Positions 23,719-25,298 of a stretch of DNA of 25,298 nucleotides are shown here, piece after piece (within the stretch, counting starts at the first letter, position 1; every line of letters begins with the position of its first letter). The position numbers were made by a program, and so were the translations under genes. The notes below the pieces were generated by a model, which saw nothing but the letters and a program-made list of their open reading frames with translations, had not been told where the DNA came from and searched no databases. The stretch comes from a virus (taxonomy: Duplodnaviria; Caudoviricetes). The DNA is taken from the IMG/VR virus record IMGVR_UViG_3300043391_000849, positions 1 through 25,298 of that record; one strand, 5' to 3'.

Positions 23719-25298
23719 GTGGCACTTAGAAAACCGTCTGATTTATTTCAAAAAAAAGAAACCTCTGGAGTTTTTGAATCCCCAGAAGTTTCTTTTGATA
23801 TTGTAGAAAGTTACGATAAGTTTCGTAATAACTTTGATAAAGTAAATAATCTGTCTGAAAAAGTAGAAGTCTTATCGCAAGAACTTTCTGAAAAGATGAC
23901 TAGAACTGATCTTGAGAATGCTATGTATTCTCAATTGATGATTCTTGATGAAAATTTTAAATCGATTCGGAATCAGATCAAGGGATTAAATAAAGAGGAT
24001 TTAAAAGAATTTAAAGTAAACGTTTCTAACTTAAGTGAGATTGTTGGAAATCTTGTAGAAAATGAAATTCCAAAATATAAAAGACAAATTATTAATAATG
24101 AAGTTCGTATTGGTGATAAGTTTGATCAATTAAAAGAAGTTGTAGAAGAAAATATTGTTGGTATTAGAAATGAAATTGATGTCAAAGTTAATGATATTGC
24201 AGAAGTCATTGATACTAATTTAGAGTATTTTAACAATCAACTTCAAGAAACTTCTTCTGAAGTTAAGAAAACAACAGAGACTTATAATAAACTTTCCAAA
24301 ATTGTAGAAAGTAAAGTATCAAAAGAGAATGATAAACTGGAAGAATATTCCCAAGTTATTCAATCTCTTCATGAAGCATTCGTAGAACTTGAAGAATCTC
24401 TTCAAAAAGAAACTTCCACATATAATCAAATTATTGAGGAGAAGTTTGCAACTATTTCTTCTGGAGTAAAGAATACAATTGATAATATTGGTGAGGATGT
24501 AGATACTTTTAAAAATCAAGTATCTTCTGATATTTCAAGTATCAAGGCAGATGTTGTAATCTTTGAGAAGCACAACAAGGATACTGAAAAAACTATTCAA
24601 GAGTTTTCTGAACAACTCTATAAGATTTCCGAAATTGATGAAAGTATTGGAGAACTTAATGAAGATATTGGTAAGTTACAAAATCAATATGATAGTATTT
24701 CTAATCAATCAATTGAAACCAAAAAGGATTTAGAAGTTGTTGAAAGGTACATTCAAAATCATCATCAAGAACTTGTAGAACTCAAAGAAGAAGTTTTTGG
24801 TGAGATTGAAAAACTTCCAGTCGGCAATCTTCAAGAGAACCTTGAGAGACTTGAAAAGAAGATTGATTACATTAAAGAAACTTATTCCAAGATTGAACCA
24901 GAAGTAATTGTAAAAGAAGTCATCAAAGAAGGTCTTCTTAATGAACCACCAGATACAAAGAACTCTGATCCACTTACTCCATTAGATCAGAAGTTTGTAA
25001 CTCTGGATCAACTTCAAAAACATTATAGTTTATTCATCAATCGTATTCAGCAACAACTCTCCACAATAGGTGGTGGTGGTGAGACTAGACTGAAGTATCT
25101 TGATGATATTGTAGGTATTGCTACAAATGCAAGTGCTTATGATGGTAAGTATTTAAAATATAATCATTCATTAGGTAAGTTTGAATTTACTGATGTTGAT
25201 ATTAGTAATGATAGTTGGGCAGATGGTGTTAGTGGTCCTTATACTTTAGGGTCTGTTGGTATTGGAACCACAAATCCCCAATCAGCATTAGATGTTCG
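23719..25298 (+). CDS. Large coiled-coil virion-type protein, 3' truncated (not in ORF track)
   Basis: GTG start MALRKPSDLF..., open to the window end; about 400 aa E/K/I-rich coiled coil, then DPLTPLDQKF...QQQLSTIGGGGETRLKYLDD and a tail-fibre-like VGIGTTNPQSALDV motif. Confidence 0.85.
   Translation, partial: MALRKPSDLFQKKETSGVFESPEVSFDIVESYDKFRNNFDKVNNLSEKVEVLSQELSEKMTRTDLENAMYSQLMILDENFKSIRNQIKGLNKEDLKEFKVNVSNLSEIVGNLVENEIPKYKRQIINNEVRIGDKFDQLKEVVEENIVGIRNEIDVKVNDIAEVIDTNLEYFNNQLQETSSEVKKTTETYNKLSKIVESKVSKENDKLEEYSQVIQSLHEAFVELEESLQKETSTYNQIIEEKFATISSGVKNTIDNIGEDVDTFKNQVSSDISSIKADVVIFEKHNKDTEKTIQEFSEQLYKISEIDESIGELNEDIGKLQNQYDSISNQSIETKKDLEVVERYIQNHHQELVELKEEVFGEIEKLPVGNLQENLERLEKKIDYIKETYSKIEPEVIVKEVIKEGLLNEPPDTKNSDPLTPLDQKFVTLDQLQKHYSLFINRIQQQLSTIGGGGETRLKYLDDIVGIATNASAYDGKYLKYNHSLGKFEFTDVDISNDSWADGVSGPYTLGSVGIGTTNPQSALDV

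Noticed and set aside
10147-24519. Minus-strand ORFs within the glycan cluster, hli region and final large ORF
   Set aside because: Antisense shadows of well-supported + strand genes.

Overview
This is an AT-rich, densely coded window from a large T4-like (myovirus-type) cyanophage, probably freshwater; that assignment is inferred from the hli genes, a cyanobacterial-type SLH porin N-terminus, sigma70-like plus (T/C/A)(A)TAAATA late-type promoters, and tRNAs without encoded CCA. Layout: (i) 1-5096, a lysis/envelope block with a GH24 lysozyme C-terminus, small membrane proteins, an SNase-like nuclease, three minus-strand signal-peptide beta-rich proteins and a tail-lysozyme-like gene behind a structured leader; (ii) 5100-8900, seven tRNAs, a tRNA-like element, a homing-endonuclease remnant, a short SLH-porin, dps and a wcaG/manA-like structured RNA; (iii) 8936-22864, a ~14 kb glycan island with Gmd, an Fcl/ColC-like reductase, a His-type ColD-like 3-dehydratase, perosamine synthase, a GNAT, a methyltransferase, two small paralogues and about ten glycosyltransferase-like genes (GT10 x2, GT11 x2, GT25 x2, GT2/7 and others); (iv) 22924-23683, two hli genes and small ORFs; (v) a long coiled-coil virion-type ORF running off the end. 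The best candidates for new biology are a branched phage GDP-colitose/perosamine/fucose glycosylation system, a possible three-protein outer-membrane channel module next to the lysis genes, and several unexplained structured RNAs. All family calls come from motifs read by eye; no searches were run.
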